Of a DNA stretch of 64,000 bases, positions 1-13,229 are shown piece by piece. Positions within the stretch are counted from its first letter, which is position 1; each line of letters opens with the position of its first letter. The stretch is taken from NCBI GenBank assembly GCA_965112735.1, contig OZ218955.1:496001-560000 (forward strand), read 5' to 3'. Both the position numbers and the translations under genes were made by a program. Below the pieces are notes generated by a model. The model saw only the letters and a list, made by a program, of their open reading frames with translations, searched no databases and was not told the origin of the DNA. Origin of the DNA: Phaeosaccion multiseriatum. Taxonomy: Eukaryota; Protista; Ochrophyta, other classes.

Positions 1-2
1 GG

Positions 3-761
3 GAGCAGCGGGAGCGGGAGCAGCGGGAGCGGGAGCAGCGGGACCGGGAGCGGCGGGAGCGGGAACGAATGAAGCAGAGCAAGCAGGCTTTACCCCCCTC
101 TTTCGGGACCCCCCCAATCGGTGGCAGAGGCGGTAGGAACAGCCGCAGTAATTGCAGCAGCCACAGCAGTTGGAGCAACAGTAGTGGCAGCAACAGAAGC
201 GGCGGCAACAGTGGTTGTAGCCGGCATGCGGTCGCGACTTCCACAAGTCGTCACAAGGAAAGGATCGACAAGGGCACTGACCCGCGCCGCCACCACCACC
301 ACCATCACCCGCAACACCACCCACACCACGAAGCCCGCCGCGACCGCCATCACCACCACCGACGCCGCCACGGAAAGCGCTCCCACCGCAGGTCCCAGCA
401 GCGAGAGGCATGCACGCAGACAGACGAGCGTGATTTGCGCGCGTATCCCTCTCCGCTGATGCTACCTCCTGGCCTGCGCCGGGGCTATTTGGACGTCCCC
501 GACTACGCACCATCGCCGTCATCATCCTCACCCTTAGCGTTAGCGTCGTCCCCGTATGGTCGAAGAAGTAGGCCCAGGCTGACCGCTGGGAGGGGAATGG
601 AGGGCAGGGGGTGGAGGGAAGAGAGGCTGAGTGACATTGCCGAACGGAGCTCCTCCCCGATGATGCGTGGTGTTGGTGCTGCTGCGGTAGAGGACTTTTC
701 TCCCTGGGGCCCACCCACGACCTCTGGGATGATGTTCTTTGGTGGGAAGAGCTTGTTCTGA
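3..761 (+). CDS. 3' portion of a low-complexity Arg/Glu/Ser/His-rich protein; 5' end lies outside the window
   Basis: Frame open from position 3 (EQREREQRER...) through the 69..761 ORF to TGA; no recognisable domain. Confidence 0.5.
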   Translation, partial: EQREREQREREQRDRERRERERMKQSKQALPPSFGTPPIGGRGGRNSRSNCSSHSSWSNSSGSNRSGGNSGCSRHAVATSTSRHKERIDKGTDPRRHHHHHHPQHHPHHEARRDRHHHHRRRHGKRSHRRSQQREACTQTDERDLRAYPSPLMLPPGLRRGYLDVPDYAPSPSSSSPLALASSPYGRRSRPRLTAGRGMEGRGWREERLSDIAERSSSPMMRGVGAAAVEDFSPWGPPTTSGMMFFGGKSLF

Positions 762-1759
762 ACTAATGTTCTTTAAGGGCAGAAGGGGGTTCTGATTCTA
801 AGCTGCACTGCACTGCTTGTTCTGAACTGATGTTCTTTGGGGGGGCAGAGCTTGTTCTGAACTGCCGTGTAGAGGATGTGTGTGTGTATACAGAGCGTAG
901 GGGGTGCACATAGATAGAGGTGTGTCGTGGTCGGCCCCAGTAGACAGTAGTAGTGTAGGGTGCCGTCGCACTTCAACATTTGAGAACAAAATAAAAAATA
1001 AAGGAAGAAGTGTGTGTTCTTTTTTCAGTACCCAACATGGGCGAAAGCACCCGAGCCAAGGCAAGCCCGCCACACGCAAGCTCAAAATCGATCCAGAGCT
1101 ACGAAACTGAAACTTCAATACAGGAGTGTGAATGGGTATATGCATGCATGCCGGTGGGCTCGAGCCAAACAGCACTGACGGGTGGGCATCACTCGTTCGT
1201 TGGCGTCAGTCGCTGCTTCTAAGCTCGAGGCTCAGTGCCAGTACCAGTGGAAAGACACCGGGTTTCCGGTCCGGCGTACACGTCCTATCCGAGCACCATG
1301 CCGTACGCAGTGTCCAGATCACCTCTACCAACTACTTCCCATCCCATCCAAGGAGCCTGAAGAGCTGCACCGTACCACCCAATAGGGATGAGCAGCAGAT
1401 CCGCTCACCACGCAAGGCGGTTTGCGTGATGGGTGGGTGGGAGGGTGGTGACTGACTGCGTCTGACCTGCTGGTAGCTGTCGCTCTCTCGCTCTCCTCGA
1501 ATCGCTATGCACCGCAGTAAAGGCGCAGACAGGGTCGCATGAAGTCCCCCGCCAGAGAAGGATGACACGTCCCTCTCCACAAGGTCCCATACCATACCAT
1601 GCTCGGACTCACTCCTCACTCCGAGAGTGTATGCCTGTCTCCAGTGACGGAGTTGCTGCTGTCATTGTTGTGTGAGCAACAAAGAACCAGGTAGGGTAGG
1701 GTGGGGTAGGTAGTTCGTCGGCTCATCTCAATCAGCCAGGGAGTCCTCGGGAAAGTGCT

Positions 1760-3161
1760 TCAGTACACAAGCCCGCGGCTGCGGTCTCCTCCCGTGTCGC
1801 CACCATAGAGATGGTTCCAGGACTTTGGTGTACGCCAACCTGTGACCGGCCCTGGCTTCTCTCCCTCCGTCCCCTGCGCCGCTGTTTCTGTAACTGGCGG
1901 GAAGAGCCCCAAGCATTGCTTCACCGCCTCGGCCATTCCGAGCGCGTGCGGTGTGTTGTCTCCTTCGTTGCAGAAGAACAGCATAACGGTCACCGCCAGG
2001 GCAGTTGGTGATACAGCAGAAGCAGTACGCCCGGTGAGGACGTGGCCCACCCACCCCACTCCTTCGGGGGCAAGGGGCGTTCCTCGGAACGGGTCTCTCT
2101 CGAGTGCAGCGAGCTTGGGGAGGCCCAGTTCCTGCGCAGGGCAGGGGGGGGCGGGGACAGGACCCAGTTTGCAGTTCACATAAGGAGAGCGCCGGAAGAG
2201 GAAGATGGCGAGGTAAGAAAGAGGGACAAGAGGAACAAAAAGAAGGGGCAGAGGGGGAAGGGAGGCAGGCAAGAGGGAGAGGAAGAAAAAGAAGGAGGAG
2301 GAGACTCTGCCAACCCCTTGCAGCAAGGCAGTGTCTCACCGAGAGCTTGGCCGACACACTCCCTTGCTCATTCGCAGGCGAGACACTTGAATACGCCATC
2401 TGCAGGCCTGCTCCGACGGCAGCCTCTCCCACGCGGCCCTCCACCGCCCCCACGGCGTCCGCCCCTGCGAGCAGCAGCACCTGCGTAGCGCCCTCTGCAG
2501 CGGCCAGGGCCAGCACGGCAACCTGCACGCAGCCAAGGGCCAAGAGGGGGAAGGGACATTCGATGAACAACCACAAAGCAAGAGCATTGCCATGAGTAAA
2601 TGGGTCGCACCGCCGTAGCACGTCCAGACTTCGACCCCTGTTAGCATATTGCACTTCACTGTCGCACCGCCCTGTCCCCTCCAGACCCACTCCTCCTCCT
2701 TCTGCTTTGCTTCGGCACTCGCACACCACACCGAACAACGCACCGCAAAGTCCCTCTCCCTTCCCGGCAGAACCGGCACCCTCTGCTGCACGAAGGCGAC
2801 CCCATCCACGAGGAACACCTCCAGCCCGACCGTCAAGAAGCTCTGCACGGCGCCCTCTGTGAGTGGGGAGGGAAGGTAATTATTACAAAAAGAGATGCGA
2901 CAAAAGAAAAATGCAAGGACTTTCTCGTCGCCCACCTCGCTTGCTGCTGCAGTGGTAGCCCTCGTAGCCCACAGCCGCGCCGACGAGGCTGGTCTCGATA
3001 TAGCCCACGTGCCTCGCCCGTCCTGCCGACAAGGCCGTCGCGAGGACGAGGTCCACCGCGAGCTGCCCAACATTGCCGATCGAGACCACGGGGAACACCA
3101 GCGGGCACCCAGCTATGCGGCTCTTCCCCGCTTCTCCCTTTGACGAGGCAATGAACTCCAT
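1760..3161 (-). CDS. PSMG2: Proteasome assembly chaperone 2 (PAC2), multi-exon
   Basis: N-terminal LVFPVVSIGNVGQLAVDL, middle FVQQRVP, C-terminal FFCNEGDN and WRTPKSWNHLYG match recalled PAC2 motifs; GT-AG introns join the pieces. Confidence 0.85.
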
Positions 3162-3384
3162 CCGCTTGGCACAGGTGAAGTAATGGGAGGGAAAGGGGGA
3201 AGAGGGGGAAAAGATATGGGAGGACCCGTTTTCAGTTTCAGTGCTCTGAGGTCCTAAGTCAGCAAATTACGTAAGCTTGTCCCCCCTCGGGGATTCCTGC
3301 AAAGTTGAGGGTTTGGCTAGCTTCGGATACATTCACCAACAATAGCCATCTACCAGCCTCCCTTACCCTCCTATCCTTCTCACG

Positions 3385-4652
3385 ATGTTCTCTAAGATTG
3401 TATCCCTCGTGGTCCTGCTGGTGGCCCTGACCAGCGCCTCGGCCTTCGTGCCTGCCACCCCCGTCATGCGAGTGCCCGCCGCCAGCAGCAGGAACACCCC
3501 CACCATGGCCATGAAGCCCGCAGACCTGCCCAAGGCGATCGCCACCGTCGGCGCATCCATCGCAGCAGCCGCACCCGCCTTCGCCACCGAGGGAACCAAC
3601 GAGGTGAGGCACCATTCTTGTGCTTTTAGAAAAGAAAATGCGTCGTGTCAGCAGGGAGAGGGAAGAAAGAGGATGACAGGAAAGATGAGGAAAAAGGAGA
3701 GCGTGCATTGGGCAAATGCCGAATGGGATTGCTGCAGGACTGCCTCGCAATGCTTGTCTAGTTATCTTTCTTGGGAAAAATGACGCAGAATGGAGCTTGA
3801 GTGCGGGCAGCAGAAGCAGGGTGAGGACTATCGTGGGAACTCTCTCGGTTGCACATTACACACAGTGCTGGGGCCGGCCTCTTCTGTGCGCGACATGTTG
3901 ATAGTGGAGAACGGGTGCAGAGGGGTAGAAGTGACAGGGCTTTCTCAAGAGTTGGGAAGGCTGTCAATAGACCGCCTTCGTCAGCAAAGGAAGAAACATA
4001 GACTCAAAGTGCCGCACAGAGGCTGCACACAGCCCAAGCAGCAAAGTGCCGCACAGAGGCTGCACACAGCCCAAGCAGTGGGGTGGGCGGCTTTGACAGA
4101 GGTCTTGTCAGGCCCAGACACGTCGCAGCACCAATCCTGGGGCTTGCATTCGCGCTTCCAAGGCATTCACCCCCCCCCCCCCCCCTTTCTTCCTGCTGCT
4201 CAGCTACCCCAACTTACTGCCCCCCTCCTCTTCCTCCTGTCTTACCTTGTTTTTGCGTCCCCCCCCCCCCCCCCACCGTGTGACTCTTAGAACCTCGGCA
4301 TTGAGTCACCCGCCATGCTCTGGCTGCCCATGGCCGTCGTGCTCGGCATCGCCACCCTTTACGGCCAATGGGTGGGAACCCAGGACGATAACGACCAGGA
4401 CTTCTTCGGTGAGTCGTGGCCCATCAAGGCACTGAGGTCACGGTGTGAAGGAGAAAGGTGTTGTGCGAGGCCTTAAAAGGAGCGGCGCCAGGAGGGGAAG
4501 AAGAGGCAGCAGCACGAGTCAACCTTGCTCCGGCCTAAAGTGTATTTCTGGAATACCCCCCCCCTTCTCTGACCACGCCTTGACTCACCCAATACTGCCT
4601 GCTGCCTCCCCCTCTCCCCCCCCCAGGCGAGTACGACTCCCGCCGAAACTAA
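3385..4652 (+). CDS. psbW: Photosystem II subunit PsbW (red-lineage type), nucleus-encoded; exons 3385-3603, 4291-4408, 4627-4652
   Basis: Signal peptide ending ASA|FVP, transit peptide, lumenal cleavage APAFA|TEGTNE; mature TEGTNENLGIE..TM..DDNDQDFFGEYDSRRN resembles diatom PsbW (EGTNE...EDFFGE); intron phases are compatible. Confidence 0.85.
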
Positions 4653-5969
4653 GCTCTTTGGAGCTTGACCAACATCTTCGCCATCCACAAATTCATTTCA
4701 ATAGTTTTTACCCACAACGAATATAGGAAAGAATATGACAGGTCTGCTCTGGACAGCGGAGAAGAGAGCGGCCATCGGGCGTGGAGGAGAGAAGGCGAGA
4801 GAGGACAGGAGAAGGGGGGGGGTGGAGTTGTGGAGGATTCGGCACTAGGCACGGCTCTCTGCAGCTTTCTCTCCCCCCTTGTCTTGTCTTGTCGTCGTGC
4901 TGTGGGGAGGAAGGCATCATGAGGCATCCAATCCAAACCATCATCAGTTGACCTAAGGGCGCGGCTGTGTGGCTGAGGCGCGACGCATTTTAATTCCGCG
5001 GCACTAGACGGAGGGAAGATTCTGCCGCTACAGCCCCGGGCGCATGGGGGGAAGGGGGGGCAGGAGGAGAAACGAAAGCGAATCGCCCCACCGACCTCTG
5101 ACACACAATGTATGAACTCTACTGTAATCAGGAGGGGAGCGCTGAGATTCCCGTCCGAACACACCCTCCTAAACAAATATATAAATGTGTGATGCTTCCC
5201 TTGGACAATGTCTCAGTGCGTGTGTCCGCTCTTCTCAACCCGTCCATCCCCGCCCCATTCGCACCATCTCTGACTTACTAGAAGGGGCGTAGTGTCCGTG
5301 CCACATATGGATTGGACGACGTCGGCCGAAGGCTGAGAGGCTTGAGGGCCTCAGGCAGAACAGAGAGCACCATCAGAAGGGTCGTGGGGCTCTTGCTCCT
5401 TCTCCTTGGAGTTGAAACACGCACGAAATACCTGCTCCGATGCTCCAAACAGAGTGCGAATGAGTTGGCGACGACTCGACAATAGCGCGCGTGCGAGAGA
5501 GGGAGAAAGCGTGACGCCACTGTCCTGCTTGGCGCGTTATTTATCCATCGTTAACGAAGTGATTTATTTACAAAGCGGACGACGACTCTGGTTTGAGGAA
5601 AGCGCTCTGCTCTCTCTCTCCACTACAGTGCCTATGTTTTGTTATCGTACAGTGTAATCTTACATGGATATATCGAAAGGGAGCGGGTGATGTCCTTTTC
5701 GCCCCCCCCTCTCCTCTATCTTCTACCACTACATATCCTGACTTGTCTACCCTCCCTGGTCCTGCCCCCTCACCTCCTCTCTGGCCCTGTCCTGCCCTGC
5801 CCACTACCCGATCAGTGGAAGAGCCGAGGAGGACAAGGAGAAGAGAAGGCCGACTCGAACCCCGCCGTTCACTCTTCCGCCTGGCAGTGGGACAGTGGCA
5901 GTGAAGTGCTTCCGTCTGTGGTAGTCCGCTCGAGGGGGCTGAGCTGAGCTGAGACCTCTTGGCCCCTAG

Positions 5970-6679
5970 TCACGCCTCCTTCTTTTTCTCCTCCACCAGC
6001 TTGCCCTTCTCCCCCTTGTTGAAGAGGTAGGGAGCCGAGTCCGTGAGCCAGACCACCCCCACCCCCACCACCACCAGCGTTACTGGAGCACATTCGCGAC
6101 ACGACGACAGACAATGAGTGAGTGGTAAGTCGTATGAAAGAGTTGGTAAATCCCGCGCGGTTCCTAAGCAGACAGCGGGAGGCCCGCTTCTCCACCTTCT
6201 TCGCTTCACCCATCCCATGCCTCTCCCACCCCCCAGCAGCACCGCCTCTCAACTGGTGAAGCGAGGTAAGTGTGTTACTGACCTGCCGCTCCCGCCCAGC
6301 ACATGGGACCACATCCCTTCCCCACAACATCCCCCACCATGGAGAGGTACTCCTTCACTTGCTCCATCCCAGACGGAGCGATGATTTCCGGTTCCGGCTC
6401 GGGCTCCAGCACCTTCTTCTTCCTCCTGCCCAGAGCCTCCACCATCGAGACTTAGTGAGAGTGAGAGAAGCGACAGAGGGGAGTGCGGATACGGAAGGAG
6501 AGGGATAAGAGGGTCTTTGAGAGTGAGAGAAGCGAAAGAGGGCTGCGCAAAAGGCCTTCAACTTTTTTTTGTCTTTTCTTCTTCTTTTCTCTTCTTTTCA
6601 AAGACTCACCGAGGAAGCTGAGTATCATACCGAGTACCACCATCACCATCCCACCTCGACCTGCGAATGTAGTCCTCAT
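5970..6679 (-). CDS. Small 3-exon protein with N-terminal signal/anchor and one TM helix; function unknown
   Basis: Spliced MRTTFAGRGGMVMVVLGMILSFL-VSMVEALGRRKKK...CWAGAA-VTLVVVGVGVVWLTDSAPYLFNK...KKKEA*; GT-AG introns in compatible phase. Confidence 0.6.
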
Positions 6680-7008
6680 GGACCTTGTAAGAGCTGAGCT
6701 GCGCTATTTTTTTTTTACTTTACTTGGCGACACGCGAGACACGCTATTGCTCGGCGTTGTCGAATACAGCGTCGCCAAAAATGTGAAACGGGCAAGGTGA
6801 TTGATGTTCGATATCATTTCTCTCCCTCTTGCCCTGTAAAGTCCCCTCTTGCTCTGTCTACCCACCTTCCACATCCTCTTTGACGACCCAGATCCTTGTA
6901 CCTAGAGCGTTTACCCCCAGCGATAGAGGGACCCTTTCTCATCTCTCGTACGTTGGTTGCATAGGGGGAAGCGGCCGAGGGGCGACGGGAGCGGCCGCGG
7001 TGATCAAC

Positions 7009-9116
7009 ATGCACGCCTACATTAAGCTGAGTGGAGTGCTGCTGGCGTACTTGCCTGCTTTATGCCTGGCACAATCGACCTACAGCATCATCCAGGTAAT
7101 ATGTGTTCTGAGAGGGAGGGGATTATGGGAGAGGGACATGATATGAAAGAAAGCTCTAAGCTGCGATGAGGCCAAAGTGACCCCCGCCTTCCTCCACACC
7201 CTTTCCACACTCCCCCATGTGCTCTCTGCGCAGTATACCCGACCGACTATTGCTGCCGAGTCCCAAGACAGAGACTTTCCCTTGTCAGACGACTCCGAGG
7301 CGTCCTTCGCCTTTGCCTTGTGGACAACGCCATTGGACGCCCTCCCAGTAGATGGCTTCTTCCACCAGTTCGCCGGTGAGTCCAGCCGCCCGTTGTGGAT
7401 ATAATCCACCTCTTCCCCATCACTTTACTCTCGCCCTTTTCTCCTCTCCCCTGAATACTGCCCTCCTCAAAGTTCTGCTGTTCGGATATCGTTACCACTC
7501 CTCCCCCCCCCCCTCTCCCCCCTCTCTCCTCTGCCTCTTGCCTGCCCACCTCCCCCCTCTCTCACCACTCTGTGTCCCTCTGGATCCAGACGTGTCGACC
7601 GTGGACATTCCGTCCCTGATAGAAGCCGGCGTGAACGTGTCTGAGACGGCTCAGAGCCTCACGGGGTGCCTCGACCTCGATTTTGAGCTCGAGTCTTCCT
7701 CCTTCATGCTTTCCTTTGTTGACTTCTTCGAGGAGCCCCCCCAGCACATGGGCGAGGTGCGTACGTGCGTGTTTGCGTGCGTGAACGCGCAAGCCACTCT
7801 GATCCAAGTGTCGTCAATGCAAAGATGAACAGGCAGTTGTCTTCTACATGGTAGGACATGGGTCTCTCTCTCTCGCTGACAAACACACTCACGCCTTCCA
7901 ACGACCTGTGATTTGACATTGGCTGCAGGTGTACGTGAAGTACGATGACGACGAAGAGAGCGTCACTGTGACCCTCGTCTGTGCCACGGGAGGCTGCTGC
8001 TCCTTCGGGCCCTCACGTAAGTAATATGTATGCTTCCCTGCCATCAAGATCTGTTTGCCATCTTTCACGTTTGGTCTGTCATCCACTGCGGCTGTTAAAA
8101 GGGTTTCTTTTGCCCCCCAGATTTGCGGGGTATAGGGAGGAAGGAGTAGTGAAGAGAGATGGAGCAGGGGGAGGACAGGGAGGACAGAGAGGGAGAGACA
8201 CGGAGAGAGGGGATGGAGATGGATGGAGAGGGAGGGAGGGACAGAGAGGTCAAAGCAGAGTAGCACTCCATGAGAGAGATTGGAGACAGAGAGAGAGAGG
8301 CGGCGGGGGAACAAACGCAAACACGCGAGCTAACCCGCCGCCCCCCCTGCCCCGCGCCTGCCCCCCCCCGCTCCCCCCGCCCCTTCAGCCGAAGCGAGGA
8401 TGGCCAACACTGACGCCGTGTTTGGCTGCGTGGCGGACGGGTCTGGACAGGGTATTGTGATCGATACCCTGGCGGAGGTGAGCTCGTTCGAACGCTCCTC
8501 TCCCGAAGACGAGTCGCTCGATGCTGAGTTGGTGTTGGCAGGGCAAGTGGACGACGTCGCCACTTGTGAAGGGCTCATCGGGGCCGATGAGATCGAGACA
8601 CCCTCTCCCACGCCTGCGCCTACGGTTACACCAGTCCCTACGCCCGTGCCTACCACGACACAACCAACTAGTCCCCCTACGCCGGCACCCATCGCCACCA
8701 CGACTGCCACCACGACTGCCACCACGACTGCTTCTACGCCGTCGCCAGATGGGGGCGGAGATGGCGGGACGGCGCCCCCCCTGGAGGAGGGGAGCGAGGT
8801 GGAAGGAGGCCCCACAGTGTCTCCCACGGAAGAGGAAGGCCCTGCGAAGGACGTTACAGAAGCCCCCACACCGAGCCCTGCCGCTGCAACTCCCGTTACA
8901 TCTCCACCGGTCGAGATTGAGGCTCCGGAGATTCCCATTGACCTTCCGGAGGGAGCTCCAAAGGGTACTCCCCCGCCCACAGAGGAGGAGGAGGAGGCGA
9001 TGGATCCCCCGGCGGGGAGGACCGCAACAAACGGAGCGAGCCTTCGAATGGCAGCTAATGGCGCGGTGCTGGTGCTGGCAGCAGCGGTGAGCGGGGCACT
9101 AGGCCTTGCGTCGTGA
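7009..9116 (+). CDS. Secreted, probably GPI-anchored surface protein with a Cys-containing N-terminal domain and a Pro/Thr-rich mucin-like stalk (~5 exons)
   Basis: Signal peptide MHAYIKLSGVLLAYLPALCLA; PTPAPT/TTAT repeats; C-terminal NGA + hydrophobic tail AVLVLAAAVSGALGLAS. Confidence 0.7.
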
Positions 9117-10025
9117 GAGTGCTTCCAACGAATTGCTTTCTAGATGTGGACTCGGAAGCTGGGGTGGAAATAGAGCCTGATTTGCTGCTTTAATTTTACG
9201 AAGCAAGTGATATGGCGTCACCACGTAGGTTAGAGAAAAGAGAGAAGCGCGCAGGGCGAGAAGCGAGTATTTTGTTATAGAGAAGGGGGAAGGAAGAGAG
9301 GATTGGTAAGGTTGCTTGAGCACGGGAGAGAGACTCTTCCGTTTGCAAAGTGGGCAGCCGTGACGAGGGCGCTGGTCGAGCGGTGGCGGTGTTGCATGTG
9401 AGCTGTAGTGGTGCGTTGTATGTGTGTCGTACTCTTGAGAAAGGCTATCTACACATCGAAATACACCTCACAGCCACCTCACGTTCAGTTCCGGTTTGAG
9501 TCGAATGACGTCGACGCTGTCGAAGGTATCCACCACCGACAGCTCCAGAGCTCATTAGGGGGAGCGCTTTGCTGGGTAAGAGACACTGGAGTATCCCCAA
9601 GGGCCAGGGGGGTCTACCCACTGAATTCCTTCGCCTAAGTGTATGTGTCTCGCTTTGTTGCACACTACCGCCGGCAGAAAGACGCGTATTCATCCTTACC
9701 AATCAATTACGGAAAGAGAGGAGGTAAACACGCGCTTTGCGTGGAGTCCGGAATGTGTCAGGCGAGCCCCCTCCAAGGGCGTATTCCATACGCTGCCAGA
9801 TTCCTGACCCCCCTCGGGAATGCCCCCCCCGTTTTAAGAGTCGAACCTGGTTTGTGAGGGACTTTAAGCTTTGACGATCTTGCTCTAGAGAAGGAGCAGC
9901 GAGGTGCTAGGAGTAGTCCCTGAGTGCTGTTTGCAGCAAACGCATCCGCGAAACCACGCCTTGAGTTCTTTCCTTGGTGCCTTCGCTTTCCCTGCTGCTG
10001 CTGTTCCAAACGGCCGTTTGGTGAG

Positions 10026-11242
10026 ATGCAGGCCACGAAGGAGATGAGCAGGTGCCTGCAGCAGCGCCAGCAGCAGCCGATGAAGGATTTCGTCGGTGTA
10101 CGCGGGAGTAGCGGCGGGAGGAGGGCAGCGCCAGTCGAGGCTAGTGCTCGTGCGTTGCAGCAGCAGCGCTCGAATCTTTCCCGAGCTTTACTGGCACCCG
10201 CACCAAACGGAGGCGGACGGAGCGCTGCCGCTGCTGGTAAAGCTCGCCCCAACGCCCAGAGTGGCATCGTCGAGGAGAATAGGAAGGTGCGTGGTCATCG
10301 AGCCGAAAATGCGTAGCGCGGTCTGATAGCGCAGAGGGCAGAAATCGTCACAGCTAAGAGGAGGGCGAGCACCTTGCACTACCATGCGACTACAGAACTC
10401 AACCCGCCACTCCCTCCCTGCTGCTTGCTTATAATGTCTTCCTCCTCGGGTCCTTGCGTGTTGCGTTGCCTTTGCAGACCGAACTGTGCCGCAACTACGA
10501 TCCCCAGGATAGCCGCAAGTGCCGCTTTGGAGGTGAGGCGCGAGGGAGACATGTAATTAAGTCCTTTCGTCAGCGTGACTGCGATCTGTGGTTGCTTTCT
10601 CATCGACGATCGCTCAATATCACCGCGCCCCACCACTGCGCCGCTGATCTCGCTCGCTGGCATCGCTATTCTCCCCTCTTCCCTCCCCCCCCGCCCCATG
10701 GTCGAACACTATAGACAAGTGCGCCTTCGCACACGGAGAGCACGAGCTGCGCAAGCTCAGCCTCCAAGACATGTGAGTGAGATGTATACTATAGCTTAGT
10801 GCCCCGAGTGAGCCAGATATAAAGTATAGAGCTTACAGGCGCGAGTAGATGCGACCGGTGATCGGGATCAGAGCACGATACTTTCTGTCATCGCGCTCGC
10901 TTCACCCAAAGTCAAGTGAAGTCATCCCCCCCCTTAAAATGTGCGATGTGGTGAGCATTGACTGGAGAGAAGCCTCTTCCATGGCAGCGGCAAGGTCCCT
11001 TCTCTACTTTCGCTGGGCTCTTTTCCCTCGCAACTAATGCGCATATTCCACCGTCTGCAACCTGTGCGTCTCTGCGTGCTTCCCGCTCGCGTCGACCCGT
11101 CCCTACCTCACGCAGGCACGCAGCCGGACGCATCCCGAGCTCGGTCAAGTATCGTATCTCCCCCTGCTCGGTGAGTCCCCTCCTTCGGTCGCGACGCACC
11201 GCTTATTCACGGACCAACGCACGCGCACGTGCAGCATGCACA

Positions 11243-11278
<36 letters not shown>

Positions 11279-12658
11279 TGCACTCACAACGACTCGCCCG
11301 CCCTGCTCCGACTTCCCTTCCCTCTGCACCGTCACCATGCACTGCCATCTACAGGTCTGGGCCGCGACGGGCGCGTGCCCCTATGGAGATCGATGCTCCT
11401 TCCTCCACAAGCGCGAGCCCGAACCCGACCACGAGGAGGCCTCTCCGGATGCCCTCATCCACTGCCCCACCGGATCCACATCCGTGGCCCCCACAAGGTC
11501 TCCAACGCTGAGCAGCAGCAGCGGCAGCGACAGTCATGCGGGCAGCGACCACTGCCGTCGGAGTGATAGAGCGGACTCCGAGTTGCCGGAGTCCTCCCCT
11601 TCGTACGCCGCCATCACCGCAGCTACCACAAGCTCCACTTCCGTTCCCCACTTTGCGCAGCATAGGCGCCCCGGTGTGGCCGCAGTCGTGCAAGGAGGAG
11701 GGTTTCCGACTCAAGAAGGATGCGGAGGAAGAGGAGGAAGAGCCGTCCACACGCTGCTTCCCACCACCACCACCACCACCACCACCACCACCCGCCAACA
11801 GCCCCCGTTCGACCGCCCCCTCCTTCGTTATGATGGAAGGAGCCCTCTCGCGACCCCCAAGAGCGACCAGCAGCACCACCACCAGCAGCAGCAGCAGCAG
11901 CCCCAGCACCAGCAGCATCAGCAGCATCAGCAGCATCAGCAGCCGCAGTTCCGATTCCCGAACGAGGCGCAGCACGAGGCCCCTTTGCACCGCCGCCTTT
12001 CCGCCTTCCAGGCTTTGGCCCAGAAGAGGGAGGACGCAGTGGCCAGCAATAGCACCAACGACCGCACCCGCTTTGGCGACGGCGGCTCCATTCTACCCTT
12101 TCTCCAATGCGGACAACTCGACAGCCTCAGCGGCGGGGACAGGGGTGGCCGCGTCGAGGCACTGTCCCCTTCTCTGCACGACAAACGTCCTACTCCCATG
12201 GAGACTGGCGACGCGATCAGCAGCCCTCCTCCTTCGCAGGAGCAGCAGCAACAGCACAGGTTGACGGCTTCTCTACTTGGGCTCCTGGAGGAGCCACAGG
12301 ACCCCAAACACCAACAGGAAGAGGCAGGCCCCACCGCCTCCTCCTGGACGCCTCCGCCCCCCCTCCGCCACCGTGAGGAGACTCGGCCGGAGGCGGGCCA
12401 CTTGTCGGCTCCTTCCTCGCTCTTCGCGTTTCCACCGTCTCTGTCTCCGTCCATCGCCTTGACGATGGAAGGGGGTATCGAACGCACTCGCGAGCTCCAG
12501 GAGGACAAGTCGGTGGTACAGCAGCGTGAGCCCCACCAGCCGCGTTTGGCAGTTGTCGACGCTCCGACGGCGGAGACAGCGGCCAACCCCGTGCCTTGGT
12601 CCTTGTTCGGCCAAGGTACGGACTTCATTGCGGGCATGCCTCAGCCCCAGCAGTTGGT

Positions 12659-12750
<92 letters not shown>

Positions 12751-13229
12751 GGCAGCAGCGGCAGCACAGGGCGGGGAGCGGCAGATGGGCGTGGGGGGGT
12801 AGTGCGGGAGCTTCTGCGGGGGGGGCGTCGTCGGTCTTCGCCAGGGAGGCCGGTGGCTGGACTCAGTCTGCTGCTACGGTTGGTGATACAGCCTCGCCCT
12901 TCCTCACTGGCAGTGGCGCTTCTGCTCCTCTCGATGGGCTCCTTGGTTGGGCTCCTTCGCAAAAGCCCAACAGAGCGAAGACCGACTACTTCGGGGGCGG
13001 CGAAGGCGAGGGCGAGGGCGAGGGCGTCGCATCATCGCAGCAAAGCCCTCTGCCCCAGTTGCTGACACAACCTCAGCAACAGCAGCAGCAGCAGGAGGAG
13101 CAGCAGCCCAGCGTCGCTCAGTGCCACTTCGACATGTCGAGCCTTCTTGAGGGCCGCCATGAGAGCCGCGCCCCCCTCCACACCAAGGCAGACATTCACG
13201 GGCTCACCCCAGGGGCTCCCTTCTTCTGA
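10026..13229 (+). CDS. Tandem CCCH zinc-finger (TIS11/ZFP36-like) RNA-binding protein with long Gln-rich disordered C-terminus
   Basis: Spliced exons give RK-TELCRNYDPQDSRKCRFG-DKCAFAHGEHEL...KYRISPCS-VWAATGACPYGDRCSFLH, i.e. two CCCH fingers with (R/K)TEL- and KYR-type lead-ins. Confidence 0.8.
12664..12760 (+). repeat. (CAG)n tract encoding polyglutamine
   Basis: About 29 consecutive Gln codons in the last exon of the CCCH gene. Confidence 0.95.

Noticed and set aside
773-1620. Several short ORFs between the first gene and PSMG2
   Set aside because: No homology cues; most likely overlapping 3'UTR/intergenic sequence
5278-5947. Possible small plus-strand gene (acceptor-like site near 5815, stop at 5947)
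   Set aside because: Could not build a consistent start and upstream exons; no recognisable motif
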